Below the pieces are notes generated by a model, which was given only the letters and a program-made list of their open reading frames with translations, had not been told where the DNA came from and ran no database searches. From the NCBI RefSeq assembly GCF_006345805.1, contig NC_043013.1, forward strand, positions 54,560,001 through 54,624,000: DNA of 64,000 bases, in the 5' to 3' direction. Below are positions 1 through 14,269 of this stretch, in pieces (position 1 is the stretch's first letter; each line of letters starts with the position of its first letter). The stretch is from Octopus sinensis (taxonomy: Eukaryota). The translations under genes were made by a program, and so were the position numbers.

Positions 1-235
1 ACAAAAAAAAATAGCATTCAGTTATTTTTTTAGGTTGTGGCTTTCATTATTCCTAAAGAACAAAGAAATTATACATACATAAATACAAACATACATACGT
101 GTGTGTATATATAGAAAGAGAAAGAGGAAGGAAGGGAGGGATTGATAGATAGATGATTGTATACATGTGTGTGTGTATGTGTGTGTGTGTGTGAGTAGTG
201 TTAGATCTCATGAGATTAATCTGATGTCGTCTTAC

Positions 236-304
236 AAAGAACCAGGGTTGGGAATTGTTCTCTTCAGGATTCTACAGAAGTCTTTTCTTGTGATTAATGT
301 ATTT
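236..304 (-). CDS. Candidate 69-bp internal exon (xNTLITRKDFCRILKRTIPNPGS), product unknown
   Basis: On the minus strand: ttttttttaactcctag acceptor, 69 nt with one open frame, then a gtaaga donor. No homology recognised. Confidence 0.35.
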
Positions 305-789
305 CTAGGAGTTAAAAAAAAAAGCTGATAAAGAATATGTTTACTAACGAATGATTTATGTCTGTCTACCAATCTGTGTTTACATATAACTGCTGTATGT
401 TTGACAGTGCGCATATGTGTATAAAGATATATAAATACCTATGTACATATTATATACCAGTACGTGTCTATATATATGTGTGTGTGTTTGTGCGTGTATG
501 CACACACACACACACTAACACTAACATATATATACATGACAGAAGCAATGCACAATCTCTGGATAGATAATTATGTGGTTAACTTTGGGGTGGGTGTATA
601 TACGTGTCTGTGTGTGTGTTTGTATGTATGTGTATTCAATAAAGCCACATCTTAGCTACTGTGTAAAGTAGATGCTGCAGTCAAACTGTATCTCTTCTTT
701 TCTCTGTGACCAGAGAAACAAGATCAACCTGGCTACAGAGAGAGGATTAGTTCAGCACTATTTATGGAATACACTGGCATAGATACAAC

Positions 790-901
790 TAAATTAGCCT
801 GCCCTAATTTGCATAAAGGGGTGGCAACATTTAATGCTCTTATTAATTAAATGTTTCCTGTGTTTGCATTATTGTTATGCAAATTAAGGCAGACCAATTT
901 A
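790..901. repeat. Imperfect hairpin / inverted repeat with 27-bp outer arms and a 10-bp inner stem
   Basis: taaattagcctgccctaatttgcataa vs ttatgcaaattaaggcagaccaattta (3 mismatches); inner aacatttaat/attaaatgtt. Confidence 0.75.
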
Positions 902-1530
902 TCTCAATCCTAGTTTGTTTAAACTAAAAATAACTCTGAGCTATTAGTTGTCTGCTCAGGAAAATACAAAACCACTACTGCTCTCTTCAACACAATCTCC
1001 CCTCTATTACTCCTCAATACCCTTTCTCTTGTACGTGCACACACACATTCTTTTATTTTATTCTCTTAGTGGCTTCAGTCACAGGACTATGGACATGCTA
1101 GAGCACCTCCTCATTTATTTTCATTCAGTTTTGTCCCTGCTTTATGACTGGAAGATGGTCTCAGATTGAATTTGTAGCACCTGATCATCCCTGAGTGACT
1201 CCTCAAATGGTTGGTTAACTCAGTATTGTTAATGTTGATGTTGCATGGCTTCATGATTTGAACCTTGCTCACATCATGACCAGTTGCTTTGCTTGATGAA
1301 CAGGTATGGGTTGTTCACAGGAAGGGTGTCTGGCCAAAAAATACTGCCTCAAATATGTCCCCATCTAACCCATGCTAACATAGAAAAACTGATGTTAAAC
1401 AAACTAGTAATCAAATATGTATGAGCATTTTTGTATGTCTATATATCTCACTCTCTCAATACATACATATATACATATATTATATGTGTATGTGCGTGTG
1501 TATGTGTGTGTGTGTGTATGTATGAATGTA

Positions 1531-1565
<35 letters not shown>

Positions 1566-1730
1566 TTAGATAGTGAGAGAGAGATGACGTTGATGAACTT
1601 CCATACAGTGTCTGTACAACAAATTTCCCTCACAAGGCATTGGTCACTTCACACCTACATACAGTGGTATTGAACCCAGAAACTTATGTCTGCAAAGCAA
1701 ATTTCTTCACTACACCATTATGCCTAGATA

Positions 1731-1942
1731 TTATTTACTACTCCAAGCACAAGACCTGAAATTTTTGGTGGGAGTGGTCCAGTCAATTAGACTGACCGAA
1801 GTATGCAACTGGTACTTAATTTATCGACCCCAAAAGGAATGAAAGGCAAAGTTGCCGGAATTTGAACTCAGAACATAAATACAGATGAAATGCCGCTAAG
1901 CATTTTGCCCGGTTTGCTAACGCTTCAGCCAACTTGTCTCCT
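1731..1942 (-). mobile_element. tRNA-derived SINE, family 2
   Basis: Reverse complement has a gagttcaaattcc B-box and the cctttcatt ccttttggggtcgataaattaagtaccag central domain; matches copies at 14267, 56530, 58903. Confidence 0.8.
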
Positions 1943-1975
1943 TAATTATTCTGTCCTTCTGCTGCATTCACTGCA

Positions 1976-2205
1976 TTAACCCTTTCATTACCAGCCTGGC
2001 TGAAACTGGCTCTGGCTCTGTTGTACAAATGTCTTGTTTTCATAAGTTTTGAATTAAAATCTTCCACCAAACCTTAATCGCAATTTATGTTCCTAACACT
2101 AGCTGAATGATAACTAAGTTATTTTACTAAATTCTTTGTTATATTTAAAATTAATTGAAAGAAACACAAAGCATCTCAAAATAAATACAGTAACAAAACG
2201 GTTAA
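1976..2205. mobile_element. piggyBac-type MITE, family P1
   Basis: TTAA|ccctttcattac ... gtaacaaaacgg|TTAA; partial inverted copy at 13930-14085. Confidence 0.75.
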
Positions 2206-2219
2206 TATATTGGTTTAAA

Positions 2220-2407
2220 ATCCTTTGAGCACAAGACCAGCAATTTTAAGAGAGGAGGTAAGTCAATAACATTGGTCGTAGAGCTCAACTGGTTCTTACC
2301 CTAACCCTGACCCTGAAAGGACGAAAGGCAAATTTGATCTGGGTAGAATGTAAAGCCAGATGAAATACTTGCTAAGCAATTTGGCCGGCATGCTAGCAGT
2401 TCTGCTG
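2220..2407 (-). mobile_element. Degenerate SINE, family 2
   Basis: Similar to 1731-1942 (ccctgaaaggacgaaaggcaaa, gctaagcaatttggccggcatgcta). Confidence 0.65.
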
Positions 2408-3931
2408 AATATATTGAAATGGAGGATGTGTGTAGCATAGAGACTGAACTGATGTTGAACTAATGCAGTAAGTGAAATGACTAGATTTTAATTAATGAAA
2501 GTTTTGACATTTCAATGAGTGTAAGCGCAGGGTTAGGGTGTTAGTTGTTGTTGCTGCAGGGGTCAGTGAATCTGGTAAGGCTAAGGTGAGAAATTAGTCA
2601 AAACTGAAGATGAAGATGTCACAATCAACTTGAAGTGTGTTGGATCAAAACCAAAATTCTAAGAATGGTTGGCAAGGAAGATGTTATCTAAAGGAACCTT
2701 TATTTCCTGTTGTTAAAATAAGATCTCAGGACAAGGCACAGCTTATTAAAGTAGATACCAGAAGCAACCAGAACTGTTAAATGTGTTAGTTTGCAATACA
2801 ACAAGGAATTATATGCAAATGAAGCTAGAATATTCCTGATTTAATGAGACAATTTGATAATTATTTTCTTTGTGGTGAGATGATAATGACAGGCACACTA
2901 ATAATCATTTATTTTAACCAACAAAAGCAGCCTGAGTACCTGTGGCTGAATATTTACTAGGTAAATGTTTCAGAGGAAAATCAGAAGTGGGGAAATGAAA
3001 GGTAAAGATGCAAGGAAAAGAGAGAGAGAGAGAGAGAGAGGGAGAGAAGGGGGTAATAGAGAAAGTGGAATGAGAAACTGTAAGCACCTACTTGTTGGTT
3101 TTTTTCCTTTGTGCTGAGTTTAATGACATTGTAATGTTTTTTTTATTATGACCTACCCAAGAGAGAGAGGGGAAAGGGGAGAAAAGGTTAGTAAAGGGAG
3201 GGAAAGTGAGAGTAAGGTAGGAGGAGAGAAGGAAATAAAAGTCAGTGGGTGCCAGCTGCTGGAGCAGAACTGATCTGCCTTCAAGACAACCAGCTGTTAC
3301 CCATTTCTGTGTCGGTGGGAGGAGAGGCTGTCTTCCTTTCAGAAATCAAACTAATTTCTCAAGTGATATTAAGGGGAAACATTCTTATGGTTGTCTTTAT
3401 TGTGTTCTACACACCTTTTGTTTTCCTGCATTCAAATGTTGCCAGTCACCAGAAGAGCCATGACCAAAAACAGAAGAAAAATATTACAAAACAGAAGGAT
3501 TCGAAGTCCAACTGTGAACTAATTGCATCATGGCTGTTCTGTTTTGTATTTAATCAAGTGTGACAGCAGATATTACTGCTGCCATGGCTACTGCTGCTTC
3601 GATGCACACACAAAAAAAATTTGTCTAAACATGTTTATTGACTTCTATTTTTTTAAATTTTATTTTACCATATGTTAACAGGAATAATATTGATTGCCAA
3701 ATTTCGATATTTGTCTATGTATTTGAAACAGGAGTCTACATCTTTGCTGCTCTTTATAACTGTAACAGGTCAATCACAAAATGAAAATAGTTCCAATGTT
3801 CCAGTTAACAACATTCAAATAAAATAATGGTGTTGATGTTCTGGTTTATGCTGCACTTTCTTCCGTATTTCTAGAAAACAAAATGCAATTCCAGTTCATA
3901 ATTTCAGTTATGTCTCCTAAGAAACAACACC

Positions 3932-4157
3932 TTAACTCTTTTGCATTCAAACCAGCCATATCCAGTTCAAATAGTTTGCCTGTTTTACATTCCAGCCAGC
4001 TTGATCCAGCCTCTCACACTTACCCTACAATGTCATTCTAAAAATAAACAACTGCATCATCAAAACCTCACAGCTATGAAATGTGGGATTAATTCAAAAC
4101 AATGTGAAAGAATAAGCATTTCATTTGAGAGAGTAATCTCAATGCTGAAGGATTGAA
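3932..4157. mobile_element. piggyBac-type MITE, family P2 (degenerate)
   Basis: ttaactcttttgcatt ... aatgctgaaggattgaa; homologous in reverse to 37768-37996. Confidence 0.65.
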
Positions 4158-5640
4158 TACTTAATCAGCAGAACTTTCTCTCTGTGTGAAAATTCTCCAT
4201 TTTGAGAGAATTTAAAATGGAAGCTTATTCTTGTTAGTATCAGAAATATTGGCAATGTTTGACCAGTTTGATTTGAATAAGAAAGCACCTCACTAAAGGC
4301 ACTTGGAGAGCCAGGCTGATGGACTAAGTTCACCACTTGGGAAGGTCATGGCGAGATTTGAATGCAGAACACTAAAAGCTGGAATGAACAGCACAAGGCA
4401 CCTGATCCAATGTTCATCAAGTTCTACGAATCCATTGTCTTAGATTGGTACCTTTTTTTCTATTGACCCCAGAAAGAATGAAAGATACAGTTGACCTTGG
4501 CAACGTTTTTGTGGTGAAGTGATCCCCAAATGTCAAAACAAATACAGAGTGGCTCACTGCCATGGTAACAGCTCCACCAATTTGCAACATCAAATGACTT
4601 TAAACAATGTTGTTAATTATTGCAGAAAAGGTGTGAGAGAAATTATTTAGGTACTTATAACTGATACAGCCTGGCTAGACTGTATATAGTTATAATTGGT
4701 ATATAATCCATACTTTTGATGAATAAAGAATTGTTGGATTTAAATTGCTCCAGCATGGCCACCATCAAAATGACTGAAATAAATAAAAGAATTGATTCTG
4801 TCTACTCAATAAGGTGATCAAACTTATTTTCCCTACTTCCTCTCTGTTAAAAGATATGTGATAAGATACATGTGAGAAACTAGATATAACTAAATAATTA
4901 TGAATAATTAAATATAATTAATTATAAATAATAACTGAGTGATAATAGAGTAAACACAACAGTCTTTAAAACTTTAAATACAGCTCATGCCCTTTCCTCA
5001 ACAAACTTTTTCGATCACAGGGTATCTAAGGACACCCATACTGGGAGATACTAGTCTATAGTTATATTGTGTCTGTACAACCCTAATATATGTAGAGAGA
5101 CTAGAAATCTATTATACATGCAAAATTTTTTGATTATGCACACACACACATTATATACATCAGTGACAGACAAGTATAAGAAGACAGGTTACGCTGATAT
5201 TTATGATAAAGTAAATGCTAGCATCGGATGATAAATATTGATCTACTGAAAATACATTCTAAGCATACATATACATACGTACGTACGTACATACATACAT
5301 GCATATGTATCTATGTATGGATGTGTGCATGTATATATATGTATATACATGTATGTGCATGTATGTATAACAAGAAGAAAAAAAATCTGTTGGCTTCATA
5401 TGGTAAAATTCAGAGTGCTACAAATCTGCTGAAAAGACCTCTACTCCATATTTCATAAAAACACAAAAAAAGGGGGGGGGAGAAAAAAGTTGTATACAGT
5501 CACGAAAATGTAAACTAAAATGAAATCAGGAATAAAAGAGGAGGCAATGGACTCTGGCAATTCGAAATTTTTAAAAATTATTATCTTACTTTTGGTATGG
5601 ATTCTCTCTCTATCTCTCTCTCTTGATTTTACATACATAC

Positions 5641-6028
<388 letters not shown>

Positions 6029-6035
6029 CAACAAT

Positions 6036-6576
6036 TCAGGGTAAAATTAATTAGTTATTAATCAATTTCACCAAGTAGTGTTCAGTATGTAAAAGGACCA
6101 TTTAAGGCGAATTCAAAATATTACATTATATAATTAGGGCTTAGTAAAATAAATTACTTTGCCACATACTGAACTTTCTAGAAATAGCAGCCAAAAAGTT
6201 TTTAGCCATTTCCACTTGCTAGTACTGGCAGTTTTGAAGATGTTTGTCTGAGGTGATACATCGTTGGACGGGTATGTTCATTATTTTTAGTGCTTTCAAA
6301 TCCACAATTAAGAAATGTTGAGCTGACGAAAGAAATGCTGAGTTTTATTTCGGCTAATCTAGAAACGTTGACGTTCTCAAATGATCTTTGTACTTGTGAT
6401 ATTTTACTGTTTTTACCTCCATATCTTCGTGAGTTATTTTTGAGTAAACATTATCTGAGAGAAGTTTTTCTTAAAGTAGTGGAAATGGCTAAAAACTTTT
6501 TGGCTGCTATTTCTAGAAAGTTCAGTATGTGGCAAAGTAATTTATTTTACTAAGCCCTAATTATATAATGTAATAT
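6036..6576 (+). mobile_element. (TA)n-embedded hammerhead-bearing element with a 99-bp perfect inverted repeat; Penelope-like pLTR derivative, family A
   Basis: Arms 6118-6216 and 6478-6576 are exact reverse complements; hammerhead in the spacer; (TA)n on both sides; related sequence at 17590, 18243, 26102, 54273. Confidence 0.8.
6318..6380 (+). ncRNA. Type I hammerhead ribozyme motif, GUU cleavage triplet
   Basis: UUGAG-CUGACGA-A-[AGA..GCUGA/UCGGC..UCU]-A-GAAACGU-UG-ACGUU^CUCAA; stems I, II and III all pair. Confidence 0.75.
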
Positions 6577-6855
6577 ATAAATATATATACATATATATAT
6601 ATATATAAATATATATACATATATATATATATATACATATATATTATAATATATAAGTAATATATATAATATATATAAGTATATATATATAAATATGTAT
6701 ATATATATACATATATATAAGTAATATATATAAATATATAAGTATATATATATAAATATGTATATATATATACATATATATATAAGTAATATATATAATA
6801 TATAATATAAGTATATATAATATGTATAAATATGTATATATATATATATAATAAG

Positions 6856-6886
<31 letters not shown>

Positions 6887-6911
6887 TATATATATATGTG
6901 TATATATATAT

Positions 6912-6944
<33 letters not shown>

Positions 6945-6950
6945 GTATAA

Positions 6951-7018
<68 letters not shown>

Positions 7019-7040
7019 TATATATATATTATATTATAAG

Positions 7041-7085
<45 letters not shown>

Positions 7086-7087
7086 AA

Positions 7088-7133
<46 letters not shown>

Positions 7134-7335
7134 ATAAGTATAATATATATATATATATATATAAGTAATATAATATATATATATATATTATATATATAAG
7201 TATAATATATATATATATATATATATTATATATAATATATATAATATATATTATATATATATAAGTATATATATATATATATATAATATATATATATAAG
7301 TATAAATAATATATATAGATATATATATATATAAG

Positions 7336-7367
<32 letters not shown>

Positions 7368-7385
7368 ATATCTATATATATATAT

Positions 7386-7427
<42 letters not shown>

Positions 7428-7466
7428 GTGTATATATATTATATATATATATATATTATATATATA

Positions 7467-7509
<43 letters not shown>

Positions 7510-7631
7510 ATATATATATATATAATATATATATATATATAATATGTATATATATATATATATATATAATATATATATATATATATAATTATATATATAT
7601 ATATATATATATATAATGTGTGTGTGTGTAT

Positions 7632-7663
<32 letters not shown>

Positions 7664-7678
7664 AGTATATATATATAT
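6577..7678. repeat. About 1.1-kb interrupted (TA)n microsatellite
   Basis: Directly visible, with recurrent TAAG and TGTG interruptions. Confidence 0.95.
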
Positions 7679-9310
7679 CCTCAAAAGTGTTCTGCAGGTG
7701 AAACAGGGGCTACAGCTTATTGGAAAATATTTTTAAGAGATGCTAACTAAGGCAAAATGCAGATTAACATTTAGTTAAAGGCATTCAATAAAGCAGGTGT
7801 ATCACTCTCTTAATTGCAATGCTATTGAGTGTGTCAGGTGTATTGTCAGTTATGTATGTATTTAATATGACTTTATCAAGCCATCATTAGGTGTTATAAG
7901 ATTTGTTAATGCTACTTACTACAATAAATCTAATATCTTTAGTCTTCAAAATGAAATATCTAGAAGGAATCTTTACAAAAATAAAAGATATATTATTTCA
8001 AGTCTCTCAATGTATATCAGATGGCCATCATTCAAAGATACTTTATCGGCAAATTGTTCTGTTGGTTGTCTTTATTACACTCAGGGTGAGAGTCATTGAA
8101 GAAAACTTGGAATAAAAAAAATAAAAAGGCAAATTCTCACATTACTAATGCTCTTTCTCTCTCTTTTTTTTCATCCACTAAAAGAAGCATCGATATGACA
8201 CAATCTGATTTCCTCTCCCCATATATATATCTACTGTTTTCTGCCTAAATAATCAATACACACACACACATGCACACACACACACTCTTGTTTTATTTTA
8301 ATCTTGCTCATTTTACAAGAGGCCTCTTCTTAGTCTTTCTATCAACAGCCTAAGATATTTATTCTTCAATATGTTCACTTATTACCATTTACACTTAGAT
8401 TTTATTTCTATTTTTGCTTTTTATTTTATTTTCATTAATTTTCTTCTTACTTCTTGCTATGATCTGTGTGATGTCATAAGGACAGATACATTAATGCCAT
8501 GGCCTTCGGTAATGCATTGCATCATACTTTGAAGAGGAGAAAAAGTTTAAAAAAACCAACAAAAGAAAGAAAAACATTGGCTCAGTGCTTTGTCAAGGAA
8601 ATATGTAATAGATTTAGTGTTTAAGCATTGTTTTGTAGTTTATATTTTAAGTAACTGTCTCAGGGCCAGTGTGGTATGTAATATACTTTGTTGGGTTTCT
8701 CATTATAAGTCAGTCTCATGTATTTATAGCAGCAAACACAGCTTCAACTACTTGTGACAATAATTCCAAAGATATTCATGGACAGGCACACACAAGCATA
8801 AAAGTCAATGATTCATAATGTTCTGACTATTGCAATGGTGATTCCATTATAAATTCTACAAAGTGGTATAGAAAACACAGACAACAACAGCAACAGATTT
8901 CAAGCATGTATTGTTGGCTGTTGGCTGCAATTTATTTTCTCAAGTTAGCTGCTGTAAAATAACCACATAACATGATTGAATAGAGGACAAAAAATATATT
9001 ATTGTTACAACAATTGATTATATTTAACGATTGAAATTTATAAGATAAACTTTTTTTATTTCAGTCTTTTTTTTTTTAAATTTTATTTTTCTACATCTAA
9101 TCTGACCACAATGGATTTACAAAATTGAGAAAAAAAAACTAGATTCTTATCTCAGAAAATGCAAGAACCATTAACAAAATAATAATAATAACAATAATAT
9201 AAAGAAGAAATGTAGTTAAAGAATGAATAGAAAGATGAGAGAGTATTTAATTTAATGTTAGGGAATGGAGAAAAAGATTTTGGAAATGGAAGATCTGAAG
9301 TAAGTGATGA

Positions 9311-9321
9311 GTATATGTGTA

Positions 9322-9385
<64 letters not shown>

Positions 9386-9392
9386 ATGTGTA

Positions 9393-9439
<47 letters not shown>

Positions 9440-9788
9440 ATTTATATGTATATATATATATATATAGAATATGTATGCATATATATGTATGTATATATAT
9501 ATATCTATATATATATGTATATATATACATATATATATATGTGTGTGCATATGTATATATATATAAGAATATGTGTATGTATATTATATATATATTATTA
9601 TATATATATATATATATTATATATATATATATAAAAGAATATGTATGTGTGTATGTATATATATATGTGTGTGTGTATTTTTATATGTTGCACTTGTTTT
9701 TCAAAATAATTTCCCATTGATTTTGCACCTTTCTGTGGAACCCAGAACTACTTATATATGCATGTCTTGGCACACTCATTGACACACA

Positions 9789-9852
<64 letters not shown>

Positions 9853-9860
9853 ATACATAT
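9311..9860. repeat. Compound (TA)n/(GA)n/(TG)n/(CA)n microsatellite cluster
   Basis: Directly visible. Confidence 0.9.
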
Positions 9861-10283
9861 CTATCTAGAGCTAAATCAATACTTAAACACTAGGGAAAGT
9901 ATGTATATGTGTGGGTGTACATGCACCTGTATATATAAACATTTTCCAATCTTTAGACACACCTACATCAATAAATAAATACAATGTCTTTGCAAAAAGA
10001 CTATTTTCATATAAAAAAAACATACAAATATGTAATAAATACACATATATACACAAAACACATTATGTACATACAAACATAAACATGCAAAGCAAATATA
10101 TTGACTAATATAAGCACGTGCAAACATATACCTATGTAAACATATACAACAAATATACACACACATACACACACATGCTTATATTTACACACACAAAAAT
10201 ATATGTATACATAAAGTACATAAAAATATGTCTTGTATAGACAAGCTATATGTGTGTGAAAACTTAAACATCTGCTTACGTAT

Positions 10284-10704
10284 ACTCTTTTTTCTTTTTA
10301 CTCTTTTTTCTTTTTACTCTTTTTACTCTTTTTACTTGTTTCAGTCATTTGACTGCGGCCATGCTGGAGCACCGCCTTTAGTCGAGCAAATCGACCCCGG
10401 GACTTATTCTTTGTAAGCCCAGTGCTTATTCTATCGGTCTCTTTTGCCGAACCGCTAAGTGACGGTTGTCAAGCAATGCTAGGAGAACAAACACAGACAC
10501 ACAAACATATTCACACACACTTATATATATATACATATATACGACAGGCTTCTTTCAGTTTCCGTCTACCAAATCCACTGACAAGGCATTGGTTGGCCCG
10601 GGGCTATAGCAGAAGACACTTGCCCAAGATGCCACGCAGTGGGACTGAACCCGGAACCATGTGGTTGGTTACCAAGCTACTTACCAAACAGCCACTCCTG
10701 CGCC
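10284..10704 (-). mobile_element. tRNA-derived SINE, family 1 (octopus CORE-like type), near full length
   Basis: Reverse complement has the ggcgcaggagtggctgt head, ggttcagtccc B-box, cttgggcaagtgtctt, an internal (TA)/(TG) tract and a (gtaaaaaga)n tail. Confidence 0.9.
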
Positions 10705-10764
10705 TATGTACGTATATTTATATACGTATATGTATGTATTTATATACGTATATGTACGTATATT

Positions 10765-10797
<33 letters not shown>

Positions 10798-10881
10798 CAT
10801 ATATATATATATATATATGAATATATGTGTGTGTGTGCATATTGTTTATACACATACAGATACAGGCATGGTTGTGTGGTG

Positions 10882-11210
10882 TGAAGGCTAGTATGCTGTG
10901 CTGGATGTGTAATATAAGAGTACCTGTTTGACAAGTGTACTGAGGGAGAAGTTGGGCATAAGAGGAATTAAGATGCTGAGTGCAAGAGAGAAGACTGCAC
11001 TGGTTTGGTCATGTGATGTGGATGGATGCTGATGGCTCTGTAAAGAAGTGCCGATCTCTCAAAATAAATGGAACTTGTGGGAGTTGGAGACCCAGGAAGA
11101 CATGGGATGAACTACTGAAGGACAGTTGCAGGGTACTGAATGTTTCAAGTGAGATGACAAAGGCCCGAGATAACTGGCCCCTTGCTGTACTCAAGAAGAC
11201 TTATTTTCCA
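10882..11210 (+). pseudogene. RTE-clade LINE ORF C-terminal fragment
   Basis: Translates to ASML.WMCN ... LREKLGI ... RRLHWFGHVMWMD ... RPRKTWDE ... RDNW, motifs typical of the RTE ORF C-terminus; frameshifted. Confidence 0.85.
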
Positions 11211-11239
11211 CAGTAGAAGTATTAAAGCCAGATCCCCCC

Positions 11240-11460
11240 CCCACCGGTGGAGAGGACTGGCCTGCAAAGATGCTGTGCTGGTGCCACATGAAAGGCACCC
11301 ATGCTGGTGCCACGTAAAAGTACTGAGCACACTTTGTAAAGTGGTTGGCATTAGGAAGGGCATGCAGTCATAGAAACTATGCCAAATCAGACTGGAGCCT
11401 AGTGCAACTCAAACTATCCAACCCATGCCAGCCATGGACAACAGACGTATGATGATGATA
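11240..11460 (+). mobile_element. RTE-type 3' tail
   Basis: gtggttggcattaggaagggcat ... ccaacccatgccagc ... (gat)n; same as 36941, 58453, 62452. Confidence 0.8.
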
Positions 11461-13181
11461 ATATATATATATAAATATATTTCTATTTGAAGAAAAAAGC
11501 TATATAAAACGTTACTATCAACATTATTTCTCTTTCATTATCAATTTGACACAATTTTTACTTTCTCTTTTTTTAGTTTTTGTTTTTGGTTCTTTTTAAG
11601 AATTTATTCCTCTGTTTAAGATGCCTTCATTTCTATTTTTATTTTCGTATATGTTTCTGCCTCTTCTATTTCTTTGTTTTTCTATTCATTATTGACTACA
11701 TGGGCTGAGATGTTTTTTGTTCAGAGTTGTTGTTGTTGTTGTTGCTGCTGCTGTTTGCAATCTATCATTATTATAATCCACTCCCATCCCCCACCGACTG
11801 TTTTCCCCCATCCCTTTTCTGTCTGAATGTGGCATTTCTCATTCTTTCTAAACCCGCCCCCATCCTCTTCTTGATTCTCTTGTTTCCACCCTCACCCCAC
11901 ATCATTTCTCAGCTCCTCCTCTTCCATTTCTTTTACACCCACCAACAACAGCTGCCTTACCCTCTACACATTCTGGTTTGTTCTTAATATCTTACACAAC
12001 AAATATTCCACCAACACCAAACAGAAGCCAAGGATAGTGATTCTATGCAAGCCATCAAACCATTACCTCCTATCAGCAGTCGTAATTTCCTTCATCTAAA
12101 TTCTTAGTGCCTAATGTGTTACTATTTTATACCCAATGTTCAGAGATAATGGTATGAAGCTAAGATTAGTTGAATGTAACACTGGTGCTAATAAAATAAC
12201 AAGATACTAATAAACTTTGCACGTCAGATTTTAAGGCCACAAAACAGTTCCATAGTTAAATGTTAGTCTTTATTGAAAACTGGTGAACATGTTGCTAACT
12301 TATACATCCTGAATTAGCATTCTGTAAAGATGAATTTAATTTTAAAATAAATATCAGAGTTTGAAGAAAGAAATAAGAGTTTGAAGAATCATGGCTCAAA
12401 AGTGGAATAAAGTGACCGACCACAGACAAAAGTGCAGGAAGTGATTTTTATAGAAGACACAAGAGGTGTTATTAAATGATTTTCCTTCTTTCAGGCTTAC
12501 CCTGGCCATTGTTGTGGAACAAAGTTCTTTTCTAGAATATATCTCCTATCACTTAAATTTATTCTCTTTTGTAAAACCCAGTTTAAGTGTAAGACAAATT
12601 GGGGAATGGGCAGAGAGAAATTGAATGTGGTTATGCTGAAGTGAAGGGTCCTCACCGAAACACCTCAATTCATCACAGCCCACAGAGGATCTCCCACAGG
12701 GGATCAGTCAAAGATAATTGGATGTATTTCACATCAAAAATAAAGATATTAAATTTAAACATCAGCACAAAACTGTACATTTTGTGTGGGGAAAAAAATT
12801 ACATCGACCATCCTCCATAGACCTTATTTTATCAATCTCGGAAAAATGAAAGTCCCTTACGCCCAGCAGGAGCTAAATTTCAAGCACCAAGAGATGTAAC
12901 AAACCACTGCAATACAGTCCAGTGCTCCACTGACTTTGACAGTCACGAAAATAACATTAACCGTGTCAACATAATAACAAAAGGAAACTTTTTCTGTAAG
13001 GAATAATTTAAATAAAATGACTCTAGAGTGTGTAATTTGTCTACAGTTGTGAAGCAGTACCTTCCCATGATTCCTATATATAGAGACATGAGCTAGTAAA
13101 TTGGAAAATATTATGTTCCTCTCGGAATATAGCCCACCTATATGTATGTGCCTGTGTATATATATATATATATATATATAG

Positions 13182-13219
<38 letters not shown>

Positions 13220-13546
13220 TTATTGTGTAACCCATCATAAAGTGTGGACTAATTCAAAATATACAGTATCTATTTTCCATCTAAAATATGATTAATTAAT
13301 AATCCCAGAAGAGAACACATTATGTTAACTCAATGAAAAATTTAGTTATCTTTTGTGATGGCCTTCATTCCATGCTACCAAACTGACTACATTAAAAAAT
13401 GTTCATATTTTAAGATCTCAACGAAGATTCTATAATTATTGTTGTACTTATTGTATTTTGTATTTTGTAGCAACCACACGACTGAAGCTTCACAAAGAGA
13501 GAAGGTGTTATGTACTTTTATGCTAATTGAATCATGTTTCTGTCAT

Positions 13547-13772
13547 TTAACTGTTTCGTATTTAAACTGACCATATCCGGCCAAAATATCCTATTTTTTT
13601 ATGTTCAAATTGGCCACATCTGGCCTCTCACACCAACCCTACAATATCATTCTAAATAAAACTTAACAGTTACCTCACCAAAATCTTCTCATTGTTAAAT
13701 AATTCACAATTAATTCAAAGCAATCTGAATGAATAAATATGTCTTTTGATAGAATGCTGTGAACGCTAAATG
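13547..13772. mobile_element. piggyBac-type MITE, family P2 (degenerate)
   Basis: Shares ggcctctcacacc.accctacaat.tcattcta with 3932-4157. Confidence 0.6.
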
Positions 13773-13929
13773 TAATGTCAGGGTGCAAGGGAAATGGATG
13801 AGGTGGGGTGGGAGATGAATGCTTTAATATAGACTTATAAGGTGCATGGCAGTCTTGTTACATTGCTTTTTCATAAGCTTTTAACTTTTTTAACCAGGCC
13901 TATTTTTATAATTAAAAGTTATAGCAGTT

Positions 13930-14085
13930 TTAACCCTTTTGTTATCATATATATTTTGAGATGCTACGTGTTTCTTTCAATTATTTTAAATATTACAAAG
14001 AATTTAGTAAAATAACTTAGTTATCATTAAGCTAGTGTTAGGAACATAAATTGTGACTAAGGTTTGGTGGAAGATTATAACTTAG
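13930..14085. mobile_element. Partial MITE, family P1, inverted relative to 1976-2205
   Basis: ttaacccttttgtta ... ctagtgttaggaacataaattg ... ggtttggtggaaga. Confidence 0.75.
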
Positions 14086-14094
14086 CACTTTTGA

Positions 14095-14199
14095 AAGGCC
14101 AGATCAACCTTGGTGGAATTTGAACTCAGAACATAAAGACAGAGGAAATACCATTAAGCATTTCACCTGGCATGCTAACGATTCTGCCAGCACACTGCC

Positions 14200-14269
<70 letters not shown>

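Noticed and set aside
3245-3563. Higher-complexity ORFs of 72 and 104 aa
   Set aside because: No recognisable motif and no consistent splice signals.
10422-10891. Recurrent peptides such as RQASFSFRLPNPLTR and DTCPRCH in many ORFs
   Set aside because: Antisense readings of the non-coding family 1 SINE.
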